Source: Candidatus Poribacteria bacterium
Lineage (GTDB): Bacteria > Poribacteria > WGA-4E > WGA-3G
DNA length: 64,000 nucleotides
Assembly: GCA_965205025.1 (NCBI GenBank)
Contig: CBDBFU010000023.1
Location: forward strand, 32,001 to 96,000
Direction: 5' to 3'
Made by a program: the position numbers and the translations under genes. Under the pieces are notes generated by a model that ran no database searches, was not told where the DNA came from, and was given only the letters and a program-made list of their open reading frames with translations. This document shows, one piece after another, positions 20,540 through 30,977 of this stretch. How positions within the stretch are numbered: the first letter of the stretch is position 1; every line of letters starts with the position of its first letter.

Positions 20540-21516
20540 GACAATCCAACATTTTTATAAAAATACAATCAGACAAAGAAAAAATAGCAAATGGCTTCAG
20601 TGGTCAGGAAATTCAGATAAACCAGAGAATGACACAAAAATCAAAATTCTCAAATTTCAAGAAAATTACCATAAACCCAGTCTACCACAGGGATTAGTGC
20701 GATTTTACAAAGTTACACCATGTAACGAAAAGTGTAACTTTTTCATTTTACTTCAGAATATCCCATTATTAAGAATACTTCTATTTGGTATAATTCCACT
20801 TTGTAGGGACGAAACCTCCCTCTTCTCTTCTGTAGGCGGGGAATGCGCGTATGGCATTCATACCCGCCGAATGCCATACGCGCATTCGGCGTTGATTTGG
20901 GGAATGCTAAATAGCATTCATACCGTTGATTCCCTGATTCCCTGATTCCTGGATTCCGATCCCAGATCTTACATTCTAATGAAAACTAACATGTCAAACC
21001 AATGGATAAGAACAAAAGAAAATGACACAAAATTCGTCACTGTGACAAATTCTTGTGACATAAAAAAAGTGGCTCTAAACCCAGTGTAGTACTGACGGGA
21101 AAGAGATTTTATCAATGTCACACCATGTGACAAAAAGTGTAACAATTTAAACATATTAATAATTTATATATTACTATTGTGAACAGTAAAAAAACAGCAA
21201 ATTTACAGAATAATACGGGGTTCAATATATAGTACATCGCAAGGAACAAAACACTCTCAATATAATGATTTATGAGATATAACCTAAACTATACACAAGT
21301 TGGAAATGACATAATAATTACGAATTTTCAGAGTATTCAGAGTAAATCAAAGAAACCATAATTTTAGAAAACACAGAGGAATCCAGACTATAACTGACTT
21401 TATACAAAATATAAAACATCACCTAACAGCATTTACTCTGAAAATTACACTGTTACTCTGAAACAGCTAAAAACTATATGATCCGTGATATTCATGACAA
21501 AAACTTTACATACCCC
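20540..21516. repeat. Cluster of non-coding modules, inverted counterpart of 51508-52990
   Basis: 37-bp perfect inverted match 20708-20744 / 52741-52777 and 22-bp perfect inverted match 21495-21516 / 51508-51529. AAACCC..GGG cores at 20673 and 21077. Confidence 0.8.
20832..20960. repeat. REP-like GTAGG hairpin cluster
   Basis: Perfect 19-bp inverted repeat GAATGCGCGTATGGCATTC (20841-20859) / 20869-20887. GGGGAATGCTAAATAGCATTCATAC also occurs near 2304. Tandem GATTCC(C)T. Confidence 0.75.
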
Positions 21517-21582
21517 TTACAATCGTTGAAGTTTGCAACACTATACAGAAACATGCTATAATGAAACTACTATTTAGGAGGT

Positions 21583-22326
21583 ATGGATATGCTTAGATTG
21601 TTCTTTATCGTCATTGGTCTCACAATTATCGGTCTTATAGCTAATATATCTGCAGATGTGTGGACTGATAATTTTGATGGTAATAAATTGGAAGAAGGAT
21701 GGGAATTCCGTGATCATAATGCCAAAGCAACTAAGTACGAAGTAAAAGATGGATTCTTACACATCACCAATCCTGGAAATTGGGGACACACGACACCTGA
21801 TAAACCAATGATTGAACGTGATATACCAAATAGTGCTGCAAAGAATATCACAGTAAGTGGAATATTTACGAGTGAACCTGATAAACCAGCTGATGCCTGG
21901 ATTGGAATTTTTCTATATAGTGATAGTGATCTCAATTACGCCTGCTTCTTATTTGGCGGAGAATCAAATCAACCACAGAAGACTCTAATCGGTAGTATGG
22001 TCAAGGGAAATTGGCAAGACAAAGGACATCCACAGACCGGTTTTGATGTTCCTCTTCATTTGAAAATTGTCAAAGAAGATGATACATTGTCAGGTTATTT
22101 TCGAAGAAATGAAAAAGAAGATTGGACACTTGCTGGTGGTAAAATGTGGAATCATAGTTTTAATATCAAACAAGTTGGTATTGGATTTATGAATAATTGG
22201 GGTGGAAAGACTGTTACATTTATGATTGATCAATTATCTATTGAGGGGGACGGTATAAAACCCTTTTCTGTTGATCCTAACTCTAAATTAACTACCACAT
22301 GGGGTAACATTAAAACTAATTCATAG
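21583..22326 (+). CDS. Secreted beta-sandwich (ConA/DUF1349-like) protein with C-terminal VDP..KLTTTW motif
   Basis: Signal peptide, WTDNFDG, C-terminal SVDPNSKLTTTWGNIK. RBS AGGAG. Confidence 0.8.
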   Translation: MDMLRLFFIVIGLTIIGLIANISADVWTDNFDGNKLEEGWEFRDHNAKATKYEVKDGFLHITNPGNWGHTTPDKPMIERDIPNSAAKNITVSGIFTSEPDKPADAWIGIFLYSDSDLNYACFLFGGESNQPQKTLIGSMVKGNWQDKGHPQTGFDVPLHLKIVKEDDTLSGYFRRNEKEDWTLAGGKMWNHSFNIKQVGIGFMNNWGGKTVTFMIDQLSIEGDGIKPFSVDPNSKLTTTWGNIKTNS

Positions 22327-22404
22327 TAATACGAGACTAACCGTTTTAATATCGTTGTTAAGGTAAGAAAGTTTATTAATCTACTATATCTTACACCTAA
22401 TTTT

Positions 22405-22449
22405 ATATGGATATTTGGGTATTATTTCAGTTTATCCAAATATCCATAT
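22405..22449. terminator. Hairpin / putative terminator
   Basis: ATATGGATATTTGG / CCAAATATCCATAT 14-bp inverted repeat downstream of the CDS. Confidence 0.4.
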
Positions 22450-22659
22450 TGCTGTATTATGGAATCATCTTGGTCTTATGTATGCCTTTCAGTCCACTAT
22501 AACGGAATTAGAGAGCAATAGAACAAAATCACGATTTTTTACTTTCAATACTAATAATTCATAATTTTACGGAAGTTCTATTGATAAATGTATGTCAAAT
22601 AAATTAGAAGAATTAAAAATACTTTCAATTGATTGATTAGAAGGAGTAGTATTTAATAA

Positions 22660-25600
22660 ATGTCCATTCCAAAAATATCTGTGAACAACCCTGTCTTAGC
22701 AAATATGTTGATGATTCTAATTATGATATTTGGGTTGTATGCATGGATTACCCTGCCAAGAGAACTCTCTCCTGAAATTGCCCTCCAAAGTGCAACTATT
22801 AGTACTTTGTATCCTGGTGCCTCACCGGAAGAAGTTGAAAAACTTATCAGTGCACCTATAGAAGATTCAATCGAAGAAAATGTAAATAAGATCAATCTCA
22901 TGATTTCTACATCGTCTGAAGGTAGATCAATCATCTCAGTAGATTTTGAAGAAATGACTGATAGGGAATTCGATAAGGAATTGGAGAATCTGCGGACAGC
23001 TGTAGAACAAGTTAACAATCTACCAGAAGAGATATTAGATGATCCTTTGGTGCAGGAATTGGATGTGTCATCTGGGTTTCCGATGTTAACAATTGTAGTT
23101 GGAGGAACCATATCTGAGACTCAAATGCGGGATATTGCTGAGAATCTAAAGGATGAGATATTAGAAATCAAAAATATCGCAGATGTACAAATTGCCGGTC
23201 TTCGTGAAAGAGAAATATGGATAGAAGTTAACCCAGATAAGTTGAAAGCCTATAACCTACCAATTACTGCGGTGAGTACTGCATTACAACTAAGAAATTT
23301 AAACCTTCCTGCTGGTACGATGGAAATTGCGAACACTGAATTTATGGTGAGAACGATGGGAGAATTCTCAAATCCAGAATTCATTGGTGATACAATTCTA
23401 TCTGTTCTACCATCAGGAACTCCTCTTCGTCTTAGTGATGTGGCAACAGTCTCAGATACTTACGAAAAACCAAGAACACTATCCCGAATTGATGGCGGAT
23501 CTTCAATCAGTTTGAGTGTTCAAAAGAAAAAAGAAGGAAACACCATATCATTAGTTGCACAATTACGAGAATTAGTTACAGAACACAATAAGAACCTACC
23601 TGAAGGAGCTGTATTGACTCCGGTTAATGATTATTCTGTAATTCTAAAAGAACGTCTTGGTATCCTTGAAACTAATGCTATCTTCGGATTAATACTTGTC
23701 ATCTTCATGCTTTTCATTTTCATAGGATGGCGTAATGCTCTATTTGCTGCGCTTGGAATCCCTGTTGCATTTATGGCAACGTTCTGGTTTATGTCTATTA
23801 CAGGATATTCGTTAAGTGGCGTATCTCTTTTTGGTCTCATTTTGGTAGTTGGAATTGTAGTTGATGATGCAATTGTTGTAATAGAGAATATCTATAGACA
23901 TATTCAATCAGGAGCTACACCAAGGGAAGCGGCAATCAGAGGTGCAGAAGAAGTCGGGTGGCCTGTAGTGGCAGCAAGCTTAACCACCATAGGTGCATTT
24001 GGACCCCTTATGTTCATGTCAGGTGTCTCAGGACAGTTTATGCGGATTGTACCTATAATGGCAATCCTTGTATTGCTCGCTTCACTCTTTGAGGTATTTT
24101 TTATATTACCCGCACATGTTTCTGAATGGGGCAGACCAGAGCATAAACAAACAAGATCAAATAGATGGTTTAATGTTATAAGAGGGTTCTATGTAAAAAT
24201 CCTGAAACGTACGATTAGATATCGCTATGTTTTTGTTGGAACTGTTTTGATGATAGGTTTAGTAACCTGTGTCGGTGCATTTCTGATTCTTGATAAAGAA
24301 TTGTTCCCTGGTGAAGATTTTCCACAGTTCTATGTAAAAGCAGAAATGCCAACTACTTATGGCCTTCAAGAAACTACAGACGTCATTGCTCAACTTGAAA
24401 ATGCAGCTAAGACACTACCAAAAGAAGAAGTTGCTGCTGTAGTCAGCAATATTGGAATTCATACACCAACAGGTGGATTAATGGAAGGAATAACTTACGG
24501 TTCTAATTATGGGGAACTCATAATTGAATTAGTTCCCAAAAATCAAAGATCACGCACTACCGATGAAGTAATTGCTTCTATAAGGAAAGAAACTGTTAAC
24601 ATTAGTGGTATAGAGAAACTAAATTTTGATAAAATACAAGGTGGACCTCCTCAAGGACAGGACGTTGAGGTTAAAGTTAAAGGATCACGCTTCAATCAGT
24701 TAATTGAAATCGCAGATAAGCTTAAGTCTACTCTAAGTGATATTGAGGGTGTAGAGGATATCCGAGATGATTTTAGGATTGGAAAATCGGAATTACGTAT
24801 ATATTTGAAACCTGAAAAAGCAGCTCAACACGGAATGTCTACTTTACAAGTAGCTCAGACAGTACGTATTGCAATTGAAGGGGCAATTTCTACAACTTAT
24901 CGAGAAGCTGATGAAGAAATTGATGTAATAGTCAGGTATCCTGAAAATCGTTTACAGTCAATAAATGAACTTAGCGATCTATTGTTAACAACCCCACTTG
25001 GCACTATAATTCCATTAAAGGAAGTTGCATATATAGTTGAAGAACAGGGGTATGCGGATATAAAACGATTTGAAGGTGAAAGAGCAATTACTGTTTTTGC
25101 CTCAGTAGATAGAACTATAACCACACCATTTAAAGTAAATCAAGCCTTAATCTCTGCCTTTGAAGATATTGAAACATTGTATCCTGGGTACAGACTTGAT
25201 TTTAGAGGATTGTTTGATGAAATTCAAGAGTCTTTCGGTGAGTTATGGAAACTCTTTGTCGTCGGTGTTTTTGTCATTTATATGATATTGGGGGCACAAT
25301 TCAAGTCCTTTTTACAACCTATCATAATTCTTTTAGCAGTTCCTTTTGGTATGATAGGTGCGATGTTTGGACTTCTATTTTCAAATGCAACTTTAAGTAT
25401 GGTAGCAATGTTCGGAATTGTTGCACTTGCGGGGATTGTGGTTAATGACTCTATTGTTTTAATTGATTTTATCAATAAGTATCGTGAACGTGGTTACAAT
25501 CGATGGTATGCTATTTTAAAAGGAAGTAGTCTTAGATTACGTCCAATTATGCTTACATCTATGACAACAATTATAGGTCTAATTCCAATGGCAAGCGGAT

Positions 25601-25809
25601 TAGGAGGTAAGTCACCTATATGGATGCCAATGGCAAATACCATTATCTTTGGTCTGGCTTTTGCAACCATTATGACACTATTCGTTATGCCTTCTCTGTA
25701 TGCGATTATATCAGATATAAAGAATGTATTTAGTAGAAGCAAGCAAGAAGACTATAAAATTGTTGAACACGAAGATATGATTGGAGTTCCCGCCCCAGCA
25801 GATGATTGA
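22660..25809 (+). CDS. RND efflux transporter permease (AcrB/AcrD/AcrF family)
   Basis: YPGASPEEVE, GIVVDDAIVVIENI, GIVVNDSIVL, RLRPIMLTSMTT; 1049 aa. Confidence 0.95.
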   Translation: MSIPKISVNNPVLANMLMILIMIFGLYAWITLPRELSPEIALQSATISTLYPGASPEEVEKLISAPIEDSIEENVNKINLMISTSSEGRSIISVDFEEMTDREFDKELENLRTAVEQVNNLPEEILDDPLVQELDVSSGFPMLTIVVGGTISETQMRDIAENLKDEILEIKNIADVQIAGLREREIWIEVNPDKLKAYNLPITAVSTALQLRNLNLPAGTMEIANTEFMVRTMGEFSNPEFIGDTILSVLPSGTPLRLSDVATVSDTYEKPRTLSRIDGGSSISLSVQKKKEGNTISLVAQLRELVTEHNKNLPEGAVLTPVNDYSVILKERLGILETNAIFGLILVIFMLFIFIGWRNALFAALGIPVAFMATFWFMSITGYSLSGVSLFGLILVVGIVVDDAIVVIENIYRHIQSGATPREAAIRGAEEVGWPVVAASLTTIGAFGPLMFMSGVSGQFMRIVPIMAILVLLASLFEVFFILPAHVSEWGRPEHKQTRSNRWFNVIRGFYVKILKRTIRYRYVFVGTVLMIGLVTCVGAFLILDKELFPGEDFPQFYVKAEMPTTYGLQETTDVIAQLENAAKTLPKEEVAAVVSNIGIHTPTGGLMEGITYGSNYGELIIELVPKNQRSRTTDEVIASIRKETVNISGIEKLNFDKIQGGPPQGQDVEVKVKGSRFNQLIEIADKLKSTLSDIEGVEDIRDDFRIGKSELRIYLKPEKAAQHGMSTLQVAQTVRIAIEGAISTTYREADEEIDVIVRYPENRLQSINELSDLLLTTPLGTIIPLKEVAYIVEEQGYADIKRFEGERAITVFASVDRTITTPFKVNQALISAFEDIETLYPGYRLDFRGLFDEIQESFGELWKLFVVGVFVIYMILGAQFKSFLQPIIILLAVPFGMIGAMFGLLFSNATLSMVAMFGIVALAGIVVNDSIVLIDFINKYRERGYNRWYAILKGSSLRLRPIMLTSMTTIIGLIPMASGLGGKSPIWMPMANTIIFGLAFATIMTLFVMPSLYAIISDIKNVFSRSKQEDYKIVEHEDMIGVPAPADD

Positions 25810-25890
25810 ATTCTTTGTTCCAAAGCAACTTTGTAGATAGAGAATAATACCAAATGTAAACATTCCATCAGAGTTAATAAAGGAGAAAAT

Positions 25891-26850
25891 ATGAAGATTG
25901 GATTTATTGGTGTTGGTGGTATAGCAGGAAATTATAGAGGAAGTCTAAAAAGACTGAATAAACCTATTAGAGCTGTATGTGATATAAATGCAGATAGAGC
26001 AAATTCAATTGCCTCTGACGAAAATGCCACATCCTATACAGATCACCAAGAAATGTTGGATAAAGAGAAACTGGATGTGGTGTTTATCTGTATTCCTCCT
26101 GGAGCACATACTACACAAGTTGCAGATTCAGCAAAATCGGGTGCTGCAGTTTTTGTTGCCAAACCGATTGCCCCAAATCATGAGGTAGGCAGAAATACCA
26201 GTGATGCAATTGCTGAGTCTGGTGTCATCAATCAGGTTGGTTATATGGCAAGATATAGTGATATTACCGATAAAGCAAAAGAATTAGTTGGTGATAATCC
26301 ACTTACCATGGGCATAGGTAGATTTCTTTGTAGAATGGGAGCAAGTCATCCTTGGTGGGGTAAATTTGATATTTCTCTTGGTCAGATGGTAGAACAGACT
26401 ACCCATGTTTTTGACCTAATACGTTATTTTCTTGGAGATGTTCAAAGTGTACAGGCATTCGGCATCAAAGATGTATCAGGGGATATTGCAGACTTTGAAG
26501 AATGTACTGTGTGTAACCTCAAATTCAGTAGTGGTGCAGTAGGGAGTATTACAAGTACATGTGCTGCACGGGCACATGATCATTTTGCTACCGAGTTGTT
26601 AGGAGACGACATATATCTCAAATTAACACATGATTTAGGGTTACGCGGACAAATTAGAGGAGAAGGGATCACCTACAATGGAGAGGAAGCAGGATATTTT
26701 CGTCAAGTAGAACAATTCATCAAGGCAGTTGAAGCAAACGATCAGAATATAGTTCGTTCTTCTTATGCTGATGCATATAAAACTCTTGCTGTAACACTTG
26801 CTGCGAATAAGTCCTTGGAATCTGGAAATGTAGAAAGTGTAATAGAATGA
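25891..26850 (+). CDS. Gfo/Idh/MocA oxidoreductase
   Basis: KIGFIGVGGIA, VAKP, EQTTHVFDL. Confidence 0.9.
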   Translation: MKIGFIGVGGIAGNYRGSLKRLNKPIRAVCDINADRANSIASDENATSYTDHQEMLDKEKLDVVFICIPPGAHTTQVADSAKSGAAVFVAKPIAPNHEVGRNTSDAIAESGVINQVGYMARYSDITDKAKELVGDNPLTMGIGRFLCRMGASHPWWGKFDISLGQMVEQTTHVFDLIRYFLGDVQSVQAFGIKDVSGDIADFEECTVCNLKFSSGAVGSITSTCAARAHDHFATELLGDDIYLKLTHDLGLRGQIRGEGITYNGEEAGYFRQVEQFIKAVEANDQNIVRSSYADAYKTLAVTLAANKSLESGNVESVIE

Positions 26851-26914
26851 AACAATTTACTGAAACTATATTACAGTTACATGCCTCTCATATAAGATGT
26901 AGGAGGAACTTAAT

Positions 26915-27417
26915 TTATCGTCTTATTAATTTAACCAATACTTGTGCAATATTACCTTTATAACCACAGCGAGTTGTATTAATTGGATAATCTTCTCCTC
27001 GAAATGTAATTCTTGATTTTTTTAGCTTGTCTCGTTGTACTCTGTGTAAGCTACCTCCATGTACTAAATAGGTACAAGGTCTATTTCAACTGTATTTGGA
27101 GTGTAGTGGTCTGCAATTCTTGCTCCAGTCTGTAATTGAAGTACTGCTTCAGATGCATCAACATCACCTCGTTTTAATTCCAAAGGGACACCAATTAGAC
27201 AATTCTTCACATCATCAATATGAAATAAGATGAAATCACATTGGTTGCTTCTCGCTTTGTCTGTGGGATAAGCTTTATCTACATCTAATACTACACGGTT
27301 TACAGGTTTAGACCTTAGATTAGCCATTGAAACGGTACATCCTTTTCTGGTATAGGATTTTGCATTACTGTTACCTACCCATTTCTTTATCTGATTAAGT
27401 GTATCAATTGGATTCAC
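26915..27417 (-). CDS. Small PD-(D/E)xK-like protein coupled to the AAA ATPase (1-nt frameshift near 27066)
   Basis: CDFILF...PLELKRG...QLQ motif. Adding one base at CCTATTTAGTA continues LVHGGSLHRVQ... to TAA at 26915. The start overlaps the ATPase stop. Confidence 0.6.
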
Positions 27418-28864
27418 TACGACTCTTGCCTTTCTTTCTCTCATATCGTTGTTGAAGATTTACAGTACGGTTGTATAGTCCTTCAGCAACATCCTCATAA
27501 TCCTGTGGGGAGATACCTTCTATAGATTTAAATGGTATCTCTTTCACTGTTTCGTTCTTTTGAAAATGCCATACGCCTACTTCTTCAGGCACTAACCAAC
27601 AATCAGATTTATCCGAATTTTCATCAATTAATCCTTCAAGAACAAGGTTTCCTATTTCCTGGAGCAACCAATCACTATGTGTTGTTGTTATAACTCTAAC
27701 ACCAGCTCTAACAAGATATGCGAGTATCACAGCCATGTCTGCTTGTGCACCTGGATGAAGATGAGCTTCTGGTTCTTCTATGATTAGTGTATCTCCAGGA
27801 TTAAGAATTCCTCTAATAAATAAAACAACTGGAGCTAATTCAATCACCATCGATGATGATTGGCTTAACGGTATGTCTTTTTCACTCTCATTAAAGGTAT
27901 ACCGTACATCAGGATTGCCACTAACAGATGATTTTAACTGGATTTTACCTTGTAGTATCTTGTTTTCTAATATTCCAGCAATATAATGCATATCACTGTC
28001 AATATTTTTGTTTTCTTCATATAGAATTATCTTAGCCAAGAAATCCGTTAGAACACTTGACATCGTAGGTATATTAGATAATTCTTCGACACCTATACGT
28101 GTAGTATGTCTAACCATAGAACTTGCAATCACTCTGTGACTTTGCATTAGACCACTACGTGCGCCAGGAAGATAATATCGACAATGTTTTCTTCCTTCAA
28201 TAGTAATTTCTGACTTGCCTTCATGTTCTGGTAAGATGATGGTTATAGCATGATTCTTAGGGATTAAAACCTGTTCATCACTTGATGAATAGGTCAAATC
28301 CAAATCAGATTCATCTGAACCTAAAGAATGCATACTTATATTCCAATATATTTTATTGTCTGACTCAATTTTTAACGAGATTGACATAGGATTATGTTGT
28401 TTTTTTAACACTCGATTAAGATTTGAAATTGAATCTAAATCAAAGCAATTTATGAGTTCTTCTTGTAAAGTCTTTTTAAAGGAATCTATAGTAAAATAAT
28501 TGTGTATACTTTCATGCATACTTTTTGGAAGATCCGATAATAAAAATGATCTGTCAATCATTGCCATTTTCCGTTGGATAATGTGCTTTTCTTCTTTTAA
28601 CAAATCTTGACCATTTAATAATTCTCTCAGTAAAGGTTCAAGACTACTTGGTTCAGAATTATAGATTAGATTTGGACCTGTAAAGTCGTTAAATACTCCA
28701 TGCAGAACATACATCAAGGTGGCAAGATATGTTTTTCCAGTATTACTCGGACCAACAAACACAGTCAAGGGACGCAGATCAATGTTGGCTTCGTGAATTG
28801 GTCCAAAATTTTTGACTTCAATACCTATCTTCAATTCTTGACTGGAGTCTTCTTTCTTACTCAT
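27404..28864 (-). CDS. ABC-type AAA ATPase (AAA_15/AAA_21, AbiEii-like)
   Basis: KNFGPI..LRPLTVFVGPSNTGKT (Walker A), SQSSSMVIELAP signature, IIEEPEAHLHP, TTHS. Confidence 0.88.
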   Translation of the reverse strand: MSKKEDSSQELKIGIEVKNFGPIHEANIDLRPLTVFVGPSNTGKTYLATLMYVLHGVFNDFTGPNLIYNSEPSSLEPLLRELLNGQDLLKEEKHIIQRKMAMIDRSFLLSDLPKSMHESIHNYFTIDSFKKTLQEELINCFDLDSISNLNRVLKKQHNPMSISLKIESDNKIYWNISMHSLGSDESDLDLTYSSSDEQVLIPKNHAITIILPEHEGKSEITIEGRKHCRYYLPGARSGLMQSHRVIASSMVRHTTRIGVEELSNIPTMSSVLTDFLAKIILYEENKNIDSDMHYIAGILENKILQGKIQLKSSVSGNPDVRYTFNESEKDIPLSQSSSMVIELAPVVLFIRGILNPGDTLIIEEPEAHLHPGAQADMAVILAYLVRAGVRVITTTHSDWLLQEIGNLVLEGLIDENSDKSDCWLVPEEVGVWHFQKNETVKEIPFKSIEGISPQDYEDVAEGLYNRTVNLQQRYERKKGKSRSESN

Positions 28865-28927
28865 GTTTGTCCTTTACAATAATCTTCCCAAATCATTAAT
28901 TTACAAATACGATATATAATTTAACAC

Positions 28928-30298
28928 TTAAAAAAATGTAAGATACGGTTTGCCTTCTATCTCGCGGAGCAACAATAGTGCAAGTTCTCTTCCATGATAG
29001 TCTCCCCACATAGATGCCTCTCCACATGGTATTTTTCTATCTTCTGGAACATAGTCCCACCCGTTGGGTCTGTGATATACTGAATGAAGAAGTAAACCTT
29101 GATGTGTTTCTGAGGCTGATAAATAGGGTTCATCAAAGAGAGTGTTTGCTACTGTTAAACCAGCTTGGTAGTATTTGGAACTTGATTCTTCTTCACCATG
29201 TTTTGAAAGGAAGTTCCCATATCTAATTAACCCTTGTGCCGCGATTGCTGCAGCAGAACTATCAACGGGTTCATAATCATTGTATGGTTCGGACGGAATT
29301 GATAGGTAATCTCCTAATTCAACCAGACCCGGAGCCCCTGTATCCCAGTAAGGTATTCCATCCTGTGCTGTGTTCTCAATGAAGAAATCTGCAGTTGCTT
29401 CAACTGCTTTCCTCATATGGGATGTCACTTCGAACTTCCCACCAAAAGAATCAAGGTCATCATCAGACAATGTATCAAAAAACTCAAGCTGCTCTGCATA
29501 ACCTGTTATAATCCATGCTAAACCACGAGTCCAGGTAGAAAATGGGGAATAACCTTGTTGTGTACTGGGACATCGGTAATTTCCATCATTAGTATTGAAG
29601 ATAGATTCATGAACTACCCGTCCCCGAATATCAAAAGCATCACGACCTTCACCGTAGTAAACATTATACTTAGCAGTTGTTTGAGAATGTTGGATTAACC
29701 GTTCCAATAAGTTTATTGCTACATCACCTTCACCCATAAGGACAGCCCCAAGTGTATGTCCTATAGCTAATACACGTAATGAACGTATGGTATCTGAGAA
29801 TAAAGAATGTGGTCCGTTGAAAGAAGCAATATAACCTGCTCCATCCTTAATCTCTGTCCATCGACTCGCTTGTACGGCTGCTGAAGATTTCAAAGCAATT
29901 TCATAAAAGTGCATTTCATTTTCATCAGTTGGGATAACACCTTCCCGCATAAGTCGACAAAGATTACCATAAGTGGAGACGTTATTAAACCCGTGATCAT
30001 GTACGCCAATATGTGTAACATGTGGATGCATTTTTTCAATAGTGTTCCGTCTTCCAATTTCTAAGAATTGTTCATCCCCAGTTGCATCATATTGAAGAAT
30101 AGCAGATCCAAATTGAAATCCTTGCGTCCATTCTGTCCATCCTCTGGTTGTGTATGTACCAGCAACTGTAAAAACAGGTGTGCCATTTTCTGGTAGCCAA
30201 GTGTCTTCAATTGACAATATTTTTTCACCTGAAAACTCAAAAAACCTGTCTATTTTGGTTTTCAGATCATGTATCTTTAATGAATTGTTTATCTTCAT
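28928..30298 (-). CDS. Glycoside hydrolase family 88 (unsaturated glucuronyl hydrolase-like)
   Basis: WTQGF, HDHGF, QGY..STWTRGLAW, PYWD, DSSAAAIAAQGL, WGDY. Confidence 0.85.
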   Translation of the reverse strand: MKINNSLKIHDLKTKIDRFFEFSGEKILSIEDTWLPENGTPVFTVAGTYTTRGWTEWTQGFQFGSAILQYDATGDEQFLEIGRRNTIEKMHPHVTHIGVHDHGFNNVSTYGNLCRLMREGVIPTDENEMHFYEIALKSSAAVQASRWTEIKDGAGYIASFNGPHSLFSDTIRSLRVLAIGHTLGAVLMGEGDVAINLLERLIQHSQTTAKYNVYYGEGRDAFDIRGRVVHESIFNTNDGNYRCPSTQQGYSPFSTWTRGLAWIITGYAEQLEFFDTLSDDDLDSFGGKFEVTSHMRKAVEATADFFIENTAQDGIPYWDTGAPGLVELGDYLSIPSEPYNDYEPVDSSAAAIAAQGLIRYGNFLSKHGEEESSSKYYQAGLTVANTLFDEPYLSASETHQGLLLHSVYHRPNGWDYVPEDRKIPCGEASMWGDYHGRELALLLLREIEGKPYLTFF

Positions 30299-30334
30299 GT
30301 ATCCTCTATTTCTTATATGAACCTACTTTAGGTT

Positions 30335-30829
30335 TCAAGATGTTCCATACTGTTCACATATTACTTCAATCAAGTTAGTTGTTGATTTACCTGGAACATT
30401 AATACCTACAACTACCTTACCACCATTTTCTTCAACAATTTCTCTTTCTACAAGCTGCTCTAATTTGTAATCTCCACCTTTTACATGAATGTTTGGTTTG
30501 AGATCTGAAAGTAATTCGATTGGTGTCAATTCAGGAAATATCACAACATAATCAACACATGCTAATCCTGCTAACATCTCTGCTCGTTCATCCTCAGGAA
30601 CAAGTGGACGATTCTCTCCTTTGAGTTGTCTAACAGAATCATCACTGTTAACAGCGACAACAAGAAGATCCCCCATCTTCCTTGCAGCCTGAAGATAACG
30701 TAAATGACCTAAGTGTAATACATCAAAACAACCATTTGTTGTTACGACAATTCTGCCTTGTTTTCTAAGGTCATTTAACTGCAATGATAGTTCAGATCGT
30801 GTATATATTTTCTTCTGTGTCATTATCAA
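30335..30829 (-). CDS. rfaE2: D-glycero-beta-D-manno-heptose 1-phosphate adenylyltransferase
   Basis: TNGCFDVLHLGHLRYL, NSDDSVRQLKGENRP, VKGGDY, STT. Confidence 0.92.
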   Translation of the reverse strand: MIMTQKKIYTRSELSLQLNDLRKQGRIVVTTNGCFDVLHLGHLRYLQAARKMGDLLVVAVNSDDSVRQLKGENRPLVPEDERAEMLAGLACVDYVVIFPELTPIELLSDLKPNIHVKGGDYKLEQLVEREIVEENGGKVVVGINVPGKSTTNLIEVICEQYGTS

Positions 30830-30977
30830 CTTTACTTTATAAGTACTTTTTAAAAATTGCTGTCAAAATTGTTGATGTTATATTCATACATTATTGCATA
30901 TTCACTATACTTTTGCTATAATAAACAAACACTAAAACAAAATCCATCCACATCATACAATTCCTTACGGTGTAAAA

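Noticed and set aside
20538-21154. ORFs 20538-20945 and 20969-21154
   Set aside because: They run across non-coding repeat modules and REP hairpins.
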